From assembly GCA_010909165.1 (NCBI GenBank), contig MU008214.1:124001-188000 (forward strand): a stretch of DNA of 64,000 nucleotides, in the 5' to 3' direction. This DNA is from Anthoceros angustus (taxonomy: Eukaryota; Plantae; Anthocerotophyta). The position numbers and the translations under genes are program-made. Positions 51,569 to 64,000 of this stretch are shown here, in pieces; the first letter of the stretch is position 1; each line of letters starts with the position of its first letter. The notes beneath the pieces are model-generated. The model was not told where the DNA came from. It made no database searches and worked only from the letters and a program-made list of their open reading frames with translations.

Positions 51569-52549
51569 ACTAGTTAATGGTAGGATATCTCAAAAGAAAT
51601 GTGAGCTTACAACTTGGAAGCAAGGACTTGGTTATGCAGATATAAACCGGATCTCCCGGATTGCCTCTTATATACATATGGCATACATAAATTTCAAGTC
51701 AAATTTCTATAACCAAACTCTCTGTAAAAATAACAAATAAAAATTCAGCATAAAAATATAATTAAAACTATAATTCGATTCCAATTTATGAACCATTGCA
51801 AATGTAGATTACCTAGATATATTATTTGTTTATACATATCATCTATATAAGTAAAATATTTAAGCCATATGTAGATACTTAAAAGCCAAAACACATTCGA
51901 TAGAATGAGTATATTTGGAAAACATTATAAAATGATTCTTTAAATATAAAATAATTTTAATATTATAATTTATATATTCTATAATACTAACTATTATACT
52001 ATAAAAATATGTATATTTAAATAGAATTATTTTGACTCCACATGCCTGCATGTATGTGCCTCCTTATCTTTATACAAGGGGGGACCGCGTACTCAAGGCT
52101 TCATACGAGGGAAGCCAACATGCGGATTCACTAGAACTATTTAAACACACACGCGGTCAGAAGTCAATCTCGGATGTATCAATTGAGCATCTAACTAATT
52201 TAAGATGTAAAAACCAAGCGATGCAGCAACATCAATATCGTGATCAATTTTGAGAAGAACTAAAAGATGTTGGCACAAACATTACCAAGCATAATTTGAT
52301 CGTCGATACTTGTGATTCTAACCGAGGCTTGAGTCTCAATAAGAGCTGAGTTTCTAAATGGGATTGAATGAGTTGATGTTCTGATACGAGATTGGGAATG
52401 AGAGATTGGGAAAAAAATGAGGAAAAAAAATGAAGATGAGAATGGAGTGGTTGAATAACAAGCAAATGGTGCGTTTGAAGTTGTCTGTACATGATAGCTG
52501 GTGGCACATGTGGAAACTCATGATGTGTGTGAGTCCAGTCTGGTGAGAT

Positions 52550-52800
52550 GAACACGATATTTTTCGAAGGGGGTGAATATATAGGAAGGGGGTTTTGTGC
52601 CTTTTATCTGCCGAAGGGAGTTTCACATAGGTATTGAACTCGTGTTTTTCAGGGTATGGGTGAAACAAAGGCAGAAAAGAAGGGTATCAATTTGTGTCAA
52701 CCAGTGCTTAAATGTCCATAGCATGCTAGCGAAGGGTTATGGTTTAAGAGTATACCTCATTTTGGGTGCATTTAAGACCCATGGACAAGGGCCATTGCTA
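52550..52800. repeat. Additional copy of the GAAGGGGGT subterminal segment
   Basis: Aligns with 25724-25960 (GGCAGAAAAGAAGGGT, GCGAAGGGTTATGGT, GGTGCATTTAAGACCCATG). Confidence 0.8.
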
Positions 52801-53040
52801 CCGGTCACCCTACAAAAAAATGACTATGCGACAGAGCGACATGCATAAATCATGGTAAGAGCAACGTCATTCTCATACTGCAACCCTGGAGACCCCTAAA
52901 AGTCACAGTGATGAGATTTTGTTGTGTTGTACCCCAACGTGGGGAGCATGGCAGTGCGAGGGAAGGTGGCGACCACCGCCCGGCGATGACGCGATCGCCG
53001 ACACTCGCGAGCCAATATTGGGACCCGTTTGGAAAGGGTC

Positions 53041-53074
53041 TTTGGGGTTTAGGGTTTGGGGTTTGGGGTTTGGG
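53041..53074 (+). repeat. Short interstitial telomere-like tract
   Basis: TTTGGGGTTTAGGGTTTGGGGTTTGGGGTTTGGG. Confidence 0.6.
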
Positions 53075-53649
53075 AAGGGCTTTGGCATAGCCTCAATTGT
53101 GCTCGCAGATATATTCCGTATGATTCGGTCCCACTAACTACGATGAATTAAAGAGAAATGGTATGCGGCAACTAGTCCATTGACATATCGCTCGGGAAAA
53201 ATGCATGGATCATCATGTCACGCTGACAATATGCAGCAATGCGAGCCTGCAGGCCTGGCACCTCCCATAGGACCTTAAGCATGTAATGGAAAAGGTTTGA
53301 ACCTTGGTAAATATCAAGTATTTCAAGTTTGTAACGGCTCACACAGGACAACCGCAAACAAAATCCTACTCGGCCAAGATGCTTTTGAAGAATATGTGCT
53401 CACTTGCAAATGGACACTCCAAAAGCCTAAAACATTACCCGACGGTTACATGAAGATAAGCCAACATTCGAGAGTTTCCTACTCTTTTCCCAAGATACAC
53501 GCCATCATCTTGGCTGGGCAGCATCATCAAGTCATATCGCATCCTCAATGGCACTTTGACTCGTGATTGAATAAAGCCTTGCAATTCAATCAACTTATCG
53601 CCAATTGCCTTTTTATATAGCATACAAATGTTTGTGCATTCAAGTTGAT

Positions 53650-55738
53650 CATCTTACGGTTGCCAGGGGCTCCTGGTGGTGCGAGCCACCTCCATCGGGA
53701 CTATCCCCATATCCGATCCATGTGTGGGGACACTACAACCTCGGAGGAGGAGAAGGCGGGCGCTCGGGAAAGGCGGGCCTCACAAAGCGGAGGCAAAGCG
53801 CAGGAGGCCGAGGCCGAGGAGGCGAAGAAGGGCGGAAAGGGACGCCACCAAGGGAAGTGTGGGAGGAATCCTAGACTCCATACGTTTGGGCGGACTCCCT
53901 CGCCACCAAGGAAGTGTGGGAGGACATCCTCGCTTCCTCCTCCCAGGTGCCCAGACGGCGATCCCGGTGAGGAGGCAGGCCCGGGCGGGTGTCGGCTCCT
54001 CCGAGACCAGCGCCCGACCACGGCGAGCGGCGGGCCGACAGACCGTCGCGGGGACGAAGTGACTGCCACCATATGCGCACCTGGTGACGCTGTACCCGCC
54101 AGATGGCGAGGCGGTGAAGCGATGAAGCGGAAAGGGACGCCACCGGGCGGGGCCATGACCACCGGGCGTCTGTCTCCAAGCCAGGAGAGGCAAGAGGGTC
54201 GACTCAGGAACCCCTCACCCCTCAAGGCCCCAGGAGAAAGAGGCGAGCGAGGAGTTGGCGGCCAAGAGGGCCAAGAAGGTGAGGCTCGGGCCTCGTGCTG
54301 GGACCTAGGGTCTGATTAGGTCCGAGCCCAGTCCGGACTCGCTCGGCTGCAGTATGGGTCCTTAGCGAGACGAGAGATACCCTCCCCACAACGGACTTAT
54401 TTGGGGCCTCACGGTGGCGGCCGTGGAAGAGACACGGTGGTCACGGCTTCAGTCATGGACGGTATGCTCAGGGACGGCCGAGAAGACTGGCGAGGTGGAA
54501 GCCACAAGGGCGCATGGTGCTCCTCCGGGAGGCGAGATGGGCGGCCCAGAGGCGAGAAGGAAGGCGGCTCTCGGCCGCATCGAGGAGGCGCCGGAGGCCG
54601 AGGAGGAGGAGGTCGGCCGTGTGAGGACGGACTAAGTTTCTTCAGGTGGTGAGCATGAAAACCCTGAGAGGCCCAAGCCAGGTGAGGATCTCTGCCAGGA
54701 GGGAGGCGCCTTGACGGGGAGGCGGAGGGCTCGCGACTGGGTGACCCAGCGAACTAGCGAGGCTCGGTGAAGAGCGTGGAAGCGGAAGCCACGGCAAGGT
54801 CGGCCGGGATCACTATCGACGAGATCGGAACCGGTGGAGGCCGAGGAGGAAGCGGAAGCCACAAGGAGGCGCATGGGCACGAGCACTTAAGGGCGTTGGC
54901 ATGCCCGTGCCGAGTGAGGAGGCCCAGGTGGGCAGGGAGATCGGGGACCTCGGGGTGCAGCTAAGCCCGAGGAGGTAGAAGGGCGGCGGGAGGCGGAGGA
55001 CAAGAAGGATACCTTGGAGCCGCAACTCCAAGACGCAAAGAACAAAGCACATTAAGCGATGCGAATGAATGAATGAAAATAGGTTCAAAGGTTTTTGGAA
55101 AATGGGTGCAATCATGACATGAGACAAGAGTTTCAATATCGCATCCATGAAGGCGGCTCTCGGCCGCATCGAGGAGGAAGCGCCGGAGGCCGAGAGGCCG
55201 AGAGGGAGGTCCGTCCATTCTGACAGACGGACTAAGTTTCTTCACCGTGAGCACCAAGCAGTGATGAGGCCCAAGCACGGCCGAGGATCTCTGCCAGGAG
55301 GCGAGGAGGCGAGAGGCTCGCGACCGGCCGACGCAACAAAGCTAGCGAGGCTCCTGAAGGCAAGGAAGCGGAAGCCACGGCAAAGGTCGATCGGGATCAC
55401 TATCGATTTAGATCGGAACCGGTGGAGGGAGACGGAGTAGCCACCCAACCCAAGGCCAGCAGACGGTGAGCAAGCACGGCCGAGCCGTGAGGAGGCGCTG
55501 GAGGTCAGCACCCGGGAGATCGGGGACCTCAGGGTGCAGCTAGCGCTGCAGGAGGTAGAAGGGCGGCGGCAGGAGCTGGAGGACAGCAAGGATACCTTGG
55601 AGCTGCAACTCCAAGACGCAAAGAACAAAGCAGCACATTAAACAGTACGAATGAATGAATGAAAATAGGTTCAAAGGTTTTTTGGAAAATGGGTGCAATC
55701 ATGACATGAGACAAGAGTTTCAATATACGCATCCATGA
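53650..55738 (+). pseudogene. Degraded GC-rich coiled-coil ORF (probably TE-derived) with a 0.6 kb tandem duplication (54560-55150 / 55150-55738)
   Basis: KAALGRIEE and EIGDL...KDTLE.QLQDAKNK each occur twice. Confidence 0.5.
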
Positions 55739-55739
55739 A

Positions 55740-56470
55740 GAGAACGCTGGCCGACCGGCCCCAACATGCCTTGCCTATGGGCGGCCCGGTAGCCTCAAAC
55801 ATACCCTCCTCATGAGCGCCGGCCGGCCGGTGCCTCCCATGCACCCCTCCCATGGGTCTTTGGTGGCGCCCTCCCATGCATGTCCTCCTCATGGGCTACC
55901 ATTGAGAAAATAAATAGTTAGTGCTTCAATGCTTTCTAGTTTGTGATAGTTGCTCAAGTGGTTTGAGAAAATTTAATCATGAGTAGATCATGAGTTTAAG
56001 CTCACTAGAGTTTAAGTAAATCAACCCACTTGATTTTAAGGGCGCATGGGCACGAGCACTTAAGGGCGTTGGCATGCCCGTGCCGATGCGCCTTTCTGCT
56101 ATCAATCTGAATGATTAAGTGCGCTGATGGCATGCCCGTGCCGATGCGCCCTTCTGCTCCGAATGATTAATGTGTTGGCATGCCCGTGCCAATGCACCCT
56201 TCTGCTATCAATCCGAATGATATGGTTGATAGAAGGGCACATGCACCCATTTGCTATCAATCCGAATGATATGGTTTGATAGAGGGGCCCATGCGCCCAT
56301 GTGCTATCAGTCCAGATGATATAGTTTGATAGATAATATCATAATTTTTGAAGGGGGTGAATAATCTCGAAGGGGGTTTTCCGTAAATAATCTCTGAAGG
56401 GGGTTTTTGATGGGCCCTAAAACAACGTTTTTAAGGCATTCCGGAAAACATCTCCGAAAAAAGGGTGTCA
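55740..56470. repeat. Terminal module copy 2: GC-rich repeat, tRNA-like boxes, tandem hairpin units, GAAGGGGGT repeats
   Basis: Same module order as 2400-2645 plus 25094-26000; repeated GCTATCAATCCGAATGATATGGTTTGATAG. Confidence 0.75.
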
Positions 56471-56819
56471 CCACTAAAGTTCCTACTTTCCATTCAATGT
56501 TTACCGAATGGTGGTAAACTCGAACCTATGGGATTAATGCAAAGTAGGAACGGTAAGGAAGGCCGTTCCTTCCGGGAAGGGACGACTGTAAATTCGGTTT
56601 TGGGAGGAAAATGTGGTTTAGTAAGGACACAACAAAAGCCACGGACAGGGTATTTCCAAAACACAATAACATCTGGAACCAGACGTACAACATTCACTCT
56701 GGGACCCCGGGACAAACCGTGATTTCAGTTTCACTCATCACCAGAGTTCAATCCTTCGTCATCACTTGGTCCAGCTTCTCCAGCATTGTCATCACTATCT
56801 TGATGACACTTTGACTCGA

Positions 56820-57565
56820 TGTATGAAGCCGCGCAACTTGCAGGGCTTATCCCTTATCGCTTTTTTGTCCACCGCATACACATGTTTTCGTGCGTTCAAC
56901 ACAAACCCATAATTCAAGATGGCTGTTTCATTCACAAACACCTCTTGTATGTTTTTTGGGTAATGGACCTTATTTCCTTTTCTCCTCGGCATCAGACCAG
57001 ATGGGTTAGCACTCTGACGGACTATGTATTCCTACACATATCTCCCTTCGTACGCATCTGTGTGCTCGGTCCGATACCAGTGGATAAGAAAGTGAGGTCG
57101 TGGTGCATCTAGCTTTGCGTCCATGACTATAAGCCTGACCCATTATGCGTGTCCATAGTGCATGGTACTGCCAGAAACATCCCCTTCCGGATTTACATTA
57201 TGTCTCCATTCATCCACGCCATTCCCACTGTTGCCTTCTGGCATTTTGGTATGCCCCCAAGTACATATCACGCTGTGGGAGGTCCCTCAATAATGCCTCA
57301 TTCAGCAAAGCTTCATCCGCACTTGAAGTGGTCAGCCGTATGATCCACATACGCGTGAAAACCACTTCCAAGGAAGCCGTAGCACTAGCCCAATGTTATT
57401 CTCCACAATGATAGCAATCTCCTTTGGTCCACCCAAAAGGCTTCCCACCACTTGTACTCTTGAGTCACCTATGGACGCAAATCTTTTAACCCTTCCAAAA
57501 TGGGCCACACCTTCCGTCGGTGATAGGATACACCGTTCCTTCTTATCCCCTAGCTTCACCCGCAT
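56820..57565 (-). mobile_element. Second Sola-like transposase copy, C-terminal remnant
   Basis: EALLRDLPQRDMYLGAYQ is shared with 27110-27165; KNIQEVFV...ILNYGF...HVYAVDKKAI matches KNIQKVFV...ILYYGF...HLYAVDKKAI at 26740-26840. Confidence 0.8.
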
Positions 57566-57579
57566 GCATCGTAGGATGG

Positions 57580-58140
57580 TGCTAAGGGCGCCCGGCCGGC
57601 CGGCGCCCGCCCGCATGCCCGCTCATGGGTGTACATGCCGTCTGCATGTGGGTGGAGCTAGGGGCCACGGCGCCTCCCACATGCTGCCATGGCGCCGGCC
57701 GGCGCCTCCCCTAACACACCACCTTGCATGGGCGCCCGGCCGCCCCACGCCTTGCCCATGCGGGCCAGCCGGCGCCATCCCCTAACACCTTGCCCATGGG
57801 CGGCCGGTGCGCCTCCCCTCCACCTGCCCATGGGCGCCCGGTGGCGCGCCCTCATGGGCTCCTCATAGGCTGTCTTAAAGAAAATTAATATTTAGCGGCT
57901 CATAAGTCTTGTAGCTTGGAATCGTTGGTGTTCGTTGGAATCGTGGACATAAATAAAGTTGTTGTTGTTGCTGTTGGTGAAGTGGTTGGGATAAAGGTAC
58001 AATAATGAGGAGGTTTTGAGTTCGAATCTTACATCTTCATCAAAACTCAGCTTTGTTGACTTTAAGGGCGCTTGCATGGATGCATGCATCATGGGCAACC
58101 AACTTTGTTCATTTTAAGGACGCTTGCATTGCCTTAAAGC
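57580..58140. repeat. Terminal module copy 3, with a short LINE-like 3' tail before the tRNA-like boxes
   Basis: GCCGGCC/CCCATGGG repeat; GACATAAATAAAG(TTG)n; TGGTGAAGTGG...GAGTTCGAATC; TTTAAGGGCG. Confidence 0.7.
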
Positions 58141-59363
58141 CCAAGTGGTTGCATTGAGTGCCAGAAGGTTGAAGACCACGATTGATGAAGTGGATGAGGG
58201 TCAGCAGACCCTAAATGTTGTGTGTAGGCGAGGTGTTGGGAGTGGAGAACGTGGTGACAATGGATCCAGTGATGGGGGCAGACGACACCGTCCGAAGCTC
58301 AGCCCAAGAATTATACTAATGAATACGGGCAAGCATTGGAGGAGAATGACAGCTTTGACGCAGAGGATATGGACCGCCTTCGGAATTTGGTGGTGGTCCT
58401 TGACTCAGTATCGGCACAAGGCATAGATGAGTTGCTCGGCCAAACTCTTGAATGACTATTGTCAATGCCGACTCTACTCTCCTTTAGGAGTTGTTTGTTG
58501 AAATGTTCTCACGACCACTGAAATAAGACTCCCGTTAATACAGGATTGTTTTCATTGTGTTCCACCACTTGAAAGTAAAAGTTTTCGGTTGTAATAAACA
58601 AATGAAAATGGCAGCCCTCTATGCATTCTACAAAAACGCAGACGGGCCCACACCCTACTGTGCTCTAGTTCTGGAGTGTAGACTTGAAAGTAACAAGATA
58701 ATATTTGAACTGGCGGAATATACGAACCCGCTTTCGAAAACCCGGGACCAGATTCGGGTTCCCCATCCAGTCCGGTAGTCTGCAAGTTTAATGCTTCAGG
58801 GTTTGCGCATCCCCGTTTTGTGGGTGCTTTCACACGACTGTGGGTATGTTTATGCATTCTGGACCTCTCGTACGGTGCACGACGAATGTCTTAAAGGTGT
58901 GAAACGAGCTCTCTGGATATTTTGCAGCCGTCAACAGATGTCATCCCTGACAAAACGAATAACAATGTCGCTCATAGTTAAAGAAGGAGATAACGGCGCT
59001 GCATGCCGGGCGCCTTCGAGTTCTAACCATGTGTTATGGTACTTTCAAACTAAACTAGACTTACTTCCCTCAGGGGGATTCTCGGCTTGAGATGCGGGTC
59101 GGAGGGCATTGTCTTGACACGCTATCTAACACAACTTCCGTCCTTGGTCGAGCATCCTCGGATCCTCAAATTGTCGCCACCATAGCATTTCCGCGATATC
59201 GCTCGCATCCTCCTTGCTCTTCTCCAAATAGTCGATGCCACAATGCAGCATGGTGGTTTGTCGGCGATCATCCCTGCTCAACCCAAGTGGGACTACCTCC
59301 GGATGCATCCTTCTGGACAAGCTCAATTCTTTTGCCCGACTGGTGGGGCCTCGGCGGTGTGGC

Positions 59364-61464
59364 TCATGGGTCAATTCCTCCTCCGTCCAGAAACTTCATA
59401 GCCATGAACTTTATGGAATGAACTCGCAGCTTGTCAACCTCCACAAGAATGCAATTTCGGCCACAAAGGAGTGCCGCTAATGTCGTTGTTCCACTCCCCC
59501 GCACATGCATCTAATATCCAATCTCCTTCTCTGAGAAGTTCTTGATCAACTTCATCATTAGACCCGGTGGCCTCGATACGCGAAACAACCAGCTTGTCCA
59601 GCGACATGTATAATAACTTCTTCACCAGGTGTAATAACCGCCCATTATTGAAAGAGCCCTGCAAGGTATTCGGCAGCATGGACACCTTTGTCTTCTTGCT
59701 CGTGCAGGTCACACCCCACCCCACAGTGATGTACTCCACAGTGTCAAAGCCTCCTTGGTCATTGTGCAAATGAGACCATGCCTCCACTTGCACACCACTT
59801 CCTCATACTCTCCCTGACAATATGCAGCTCTTCCACACCATGCATTACTATCATTCTGATCTCGTCGCACATTGTCATATCATGGAAGGAATGAAATATG
59901 TTTGCCATTTGGGCCTGCTCAAGTTTGACATCATACTTCCCCTTGTTGAATCCCCTGGGGACATCCATCACCAGCGTTGTATACTTCCGACTCCAAAGAA
60001 ACCCTCTCATTTCGCCACATCTCACGCACCACTTGATACTTCACTAACTCCTCTATTTTGGGCACGAAAAGATTGCAGCCTTCCTCCATGTCCATGTCCG
60101 CAAGTGCCCTCTGCTCATCCTCCAGCCCTTTCCATGTGTGGACCTCTAATATAAAAGCCCGGAAATCTTCCGTAGCTTTTTCGGGTCTTCAACATCTTTA
60201 ACTTGCGCAAAATAACACAAAACAAGTGAGGTTGCCGAAAGTCGATTGCGGGGACAATAGGGAAAGGAGGCGCGCATGCGGCGCCCAATAGTTCTATCTT
60301 GGTAGAACATGAAACTCACCTTCCCTTCGAAAGCGGCCAACTGCAATGACTTCATCCGTTGAGTGCACCGGTACTCCTTCCTCACCATCTCGAATGAATT
60401 GCAGCCTAGATGCTTCGCCATAGCCACTTGGATCACATGTAGTTTCTTCCAAGAGTGATCTCCTTGGCCATACCATTGAGGTCTATGAGACTGTCAGACC
60501 TTCTCGGACACGATCAACATTTTTGGCTGCCTCACCCGGTGGAATACCACGAAAACTTCGCCAAGGCTTCCTTGCATGTCTTTTGGCTTCACAAAACTTT
60601 GGTCCACCGACTTCGCCTCATCCGCAGCCTTCCGCTTCCCTTGCTTTTCTTGCTTGTTCCTCGCAGAACATGTTTGGCTTGTTCGCAACTCCATGGCCTC
60701 CCACTTTGAAGATCTTATCGACATTTTCCCACACTCTCCTCAAGTTTGGCGATGCAAAGGATATGTGTGCGATTGTCGACCTTGTTTTGCTTGTACTGCT
60801 CATCCTCTCTGGCCTCATCATCATCTATCAAGCCTAGCACCTTATACAGGTTGAACTTCCAGTTCATGCTCATATTGACACCATCTCTCTTTGCAATCTG
60901 CAACTCATCTCGCAAGTACCTTACTTGCTCAATGAAATTCATCTTCCGCCGTTTGTCAGACATAGTGTTGTGGTCGGTGGCCAGAACCCTCATCTCTGGT
61001 AAAGTGAGCCCACAATACACATGGGCTTCCATCCATTGGTATCTGGCCTTCGATGGAGATATGTCTGCCAGATGCTTCATCGTTGCATAGGTGTGATTGC
61101 CACCGAGCACTCCCATGACATACTTCTTGGCTCTAAACTTGGATTGAATGTCGCTGCAGTCCGCTGGGTCAATCATGCATAGTAGAGGCAGCACACCTTC
61201 CTCCACTCTACCTTTCGAAATGACTCGAGCCAGGTAGTTGGTCCAAGCTTCGTCCACAATCCGAATCTATGCATCTGGAGAAAGAAAGGATGCAGGCCTT
61301 AAATTCTCTAATTTCAAAAGAACTGTTTCCGGAACCACTTTCTTCGCGTATGCTGCCTCTCTGATACTCCGCAAATAATCTTCATCCTGAATGGAGGCCT
61401 CCAGCCTCTCCCCGTCAGTCGCGACATGCATAGGGTGTCCGCACGCTTTGGTGGCACGCAGCAT
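59364..61464 (-). pseudogene. ParB/Srx-like domain fused to a beta-class amino (N6-adenine/N4-cytosine) DNA methyltransferase; one in-frame stop and several frameshifts
   Basis: PDA*IRIVDEAW...VMGVLGGNHTYATM...AHVYCGL...LATDHN (ParB/Srx); YTTLVMDVPRGF (motif IV); VEYITVGW; RPPGLMMKLIKNFS..EGDWILDACAGSGTTTLAALLCGRNCILVEVDK (motifs X-I-II, read across frameshifts). Confidence 0.78.
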
Positions 61465-61509
61465 AAAAAAACTGGTTGTGTCATTTGGTCACATGGACCA
61501 GCCTCTGTG

Positions 61510-61912
61510 TCATCGAAATTCAAAATTACACACAGGAAGGAACCTCCGCGGGAACATAAAAATGGCGCTCCGTGTTTTCTCGCTCGTGAAGACCGGAACC
61601 GATCGTGCATAACCAAACGCGGACTTCCTTCGCCCATTGTCTATCCCGTTGATGTCAATGTGGACACGGTGGGTCTTGCTTTGGGATGCATTCATGGCAT
61701 ATGTTGCTAAATTGATGTGAAAAGCTTCTGCTCGCAGGGAGACGACATCCGCACGATACTGCAAATGCCCGGAGAGGAGGCGTGGCGAAGTCCGCGCGAT
61801 GCGTTGTGGCAAGGTTTCCGCATGGATTGTGTAGGAATCGCCGATTGTGCAAGAATAGCCGATTTGTGACGGTGGAAGTTTCTCAAGCTCGATTGGGGTG
61901 GTTACGCCCATG
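61510..61912 (-). CDS. Hypothetical protein upstream of and co-oriented with the ParB-MTase
   Basis: Open frame from MGVTTPIELEK with non-repetitive composition; no recognised domain. Confidence 0.35.
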
Positions 61913-62144
61913 ATGGCCCGCCTCCTTGTAGTCAACGACGGTAATGAGAGGAAGCGTCTGCGAGAGGCAAGCTTTGGGTTGCGAGAACGGCGCAAAATAG
62001 GAATGAACCGTGGACATAGTAGGCATCGTGCAAAGAAGAACATCACCTCCACCTCCACAAGCCGAGTGCGTGTCCGCGCGCGATGCAACGCGTTATTTCA
62101 AGGTCGTTGGGGTTGATACCGCACAATCTCGCTACCGACAGCAA

Positions 62145-64000
62145 CTAGCAAGGGAGCTTGAGAGCAATTCTTGCGGATGACAAGTGAGTTCTCGCAATGT
62201 CGCCGTGAGATCTATAGTACTTTTGAAGAGCTTCCTCCTCAAGGACTTTCGACTCGCACCGATCGGGAAAGATGAAGAGTTGTTTATCGCTCATGAGGAA
62301 TATGAGCATGTAAGAATTTGAAGGATGTTCGTCGGCGATCACTGCGAGCCGTAAATACGCCTGAATATCATTTTGTCGCCGGTCGGATGACCATCGATTC
62401 CCACACGCCAAGCACATTGGTGTGAGTCAGCATCCGATCTGCAGTGAAATTGCGGGGTGGGAAGGATTGTCGGGGCCAAGGTATGTGGTGCGGGTCCCAA
62501 GGAAGCTTAGGTCCGATGTGATCTCGGATGATGTGAAAGCCAAGATTCGCACTGGGAGCTCGCCTCTCGACCTTCCTCCAACACAAAGGACACCAAGCGC
62601 CACGCATCGGACCAAACACTTTTGACCAGCACATCATCCACTTCTTGGATACTTCATGTGAGATGAATATGTCAGACTGGATTCCATGCTTGTGTTGTGA
62701 GTGCGAACCTTCATCTGTGCTACTCCCTCACCTTCCATGCTTGTTTGTACTTCACGGTGTCGTTATGTTAGCACTACCTTCCAAATTCGTGTTTGACTCT
62801 TGGGCATGATGGTATTGGGGTGAAGGGTGTTCACGAGGCTTCTCGATACACCGGTGTTGTGATTTAGGGACCGTGATATGGGGTGATGATTGGTGTTGAG
62901 AAGGGCTATGTGATGCCTGTATGGCCTTGTGATGGTTTGGGCTGATTGGTGATGTTGATTCGCACACTGGTTATGTTTTGGCGGCAAGGCCGGGTTCCCA
63001 GTTTGGTGTGGGAGGACGGGTGTTGTGGTTGCCGCGTATTGGGGTGGTCGCTGGGTGATTTTAGTGGACGCGTGGATGATGCGGACAGGTGATGTGGTGG
63101 TGCTATCTTGTTGATTGATGCGTTGGTGATGTGGATGATGGCATGGTGATAAGGTGGACGGATTGGTGATGTCATGGAGTAGGTGGAGCTCGCTTTGCAC
63201 TTAGTGATGTGGTGGATGTGTTGGTGGATGATGGAATGGTGATCACGACGGTTTGGTGATGTTTTGGAGTTGTTCCATTTTAGTTGGCATCACTTGGTGA
63301 CCTCGTGTCCGCTGCTTGGAAGTGTGTTGCACGTTTTGATATTGGCCATCCCATCGGTGATACCACCGCTCGCAGAGCGTATGTAATGAAATCGCTGTTC
63401 GTGATGCGATAAAAATTCTACGCGGTTGCAAGAGCATCGACATTTCAATTGGGCAGCGAACTTTTGAGAAATTGAAGCCGTATTTTGTGAAGAGCTGCAG
63501 AACGGAACTTGTGCCGCTGTCATGTGGAAATGGCCTTTCTCAAGACGCTTTCAATGCTATGCGCGGTTGTCTTTCAAGTGTGCATCCGAGGTCAATGTCA
63601 TTGTCCATGTGACATATGTGCTCCCCAAGAAGGTGACGGGCTTGTTCAAGAGTGTAGTGCAACACATGTGTTGTATCCGAGATGTTGTGCGAAGGAGGCA
63701 AACGCGGATGGCACAACCTCGCATGTTTGCGGTGGCACTTGTGGCACTGTGGGTGGGGCAAATTGGCTTCTGTCCCGCCGAGTCATCGAATGATAAGCTT
63801 CCTCAGTCCGTCCTCAGGTGGCGCCGTTTTCAATACCAAGTCGTTGGTTCTGACCATGATGGGCATGAGAAGAAGCGGATCAAACTTGTTTTCATGGAGA
63901 CTCATCCAGCTGATTTTGTCCTGTACTTGAAAGAAAAATTGAAAGAGTTCATCCTGCACGATTTTGTGCAGCGATGGCAAGGGTTGGAATTTCGGTGCTT
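62145..64000 (-). pseudogene. Long uncharacterised ORF remnant(s) with Cys/His clusters, running off the window end
   Basis: Track ORFs 63783-63980, 63540-63761, 63243-63443 and 62763-63200 share one frame, separated by isolated stops (mostly TGA); CHKCHRKH, CPLC and CLAC motifs. Confidence 0.45.

Noticed and set aside
53041-53074. True telomere or chromosome fusion site
   Set aside because: There are only about five degenerate units, a common feature of TE and promoter sequence.
57965-58035. Functional tRNA gene (also about 25094 and 55951)
   Set aside because: Only A/B-box-like motifs are present; I could not fold a convincing cloverleaf.

Overview
Repeat-rich nuclear DNA from a land plant. 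The short introns and transposon families suggest a bryophyte-grade or other seed-free lineage (inference). Pervasive small indels look like long-read consensus errors, so most proteins must be read across frameshifts. Left half: a truncated Ty1/Copia integrase, then an RTE-X-like LINE (about 2646-25093, (GTT)n tail) split at a GATAT target duplication by a full-length Ty3/Gypsy element (5521-23223) whose 5-6 kb LTRs carry a protein-coding region. A minus-strand Sola-like DDE transposase (about 26690-42520) is interrupted by a solo-LTR-like insert and a 10.4 kb duplicated block carrying two copies of a secreted DPBB/EG45-like gene. Two systems stand out. (1) A head-to-head pair of a diterpene synthase (43902-47083, -) and a CYP71-clan P450 (49309-51568, +), both with atypical active-site motifs: a candidate specialised diterpenoid gene cluster. 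(2) A degenerate ParB/Srx domain fused to a prokaryote-type beta-class amino (N6-adenine/N4-cytosine) DNA methyltransferase (about 59364-61464, -), in a run of co-oriented ORFs next to the same terminal module that flanks the Sola-like transposases, so possibly transposon cargo.
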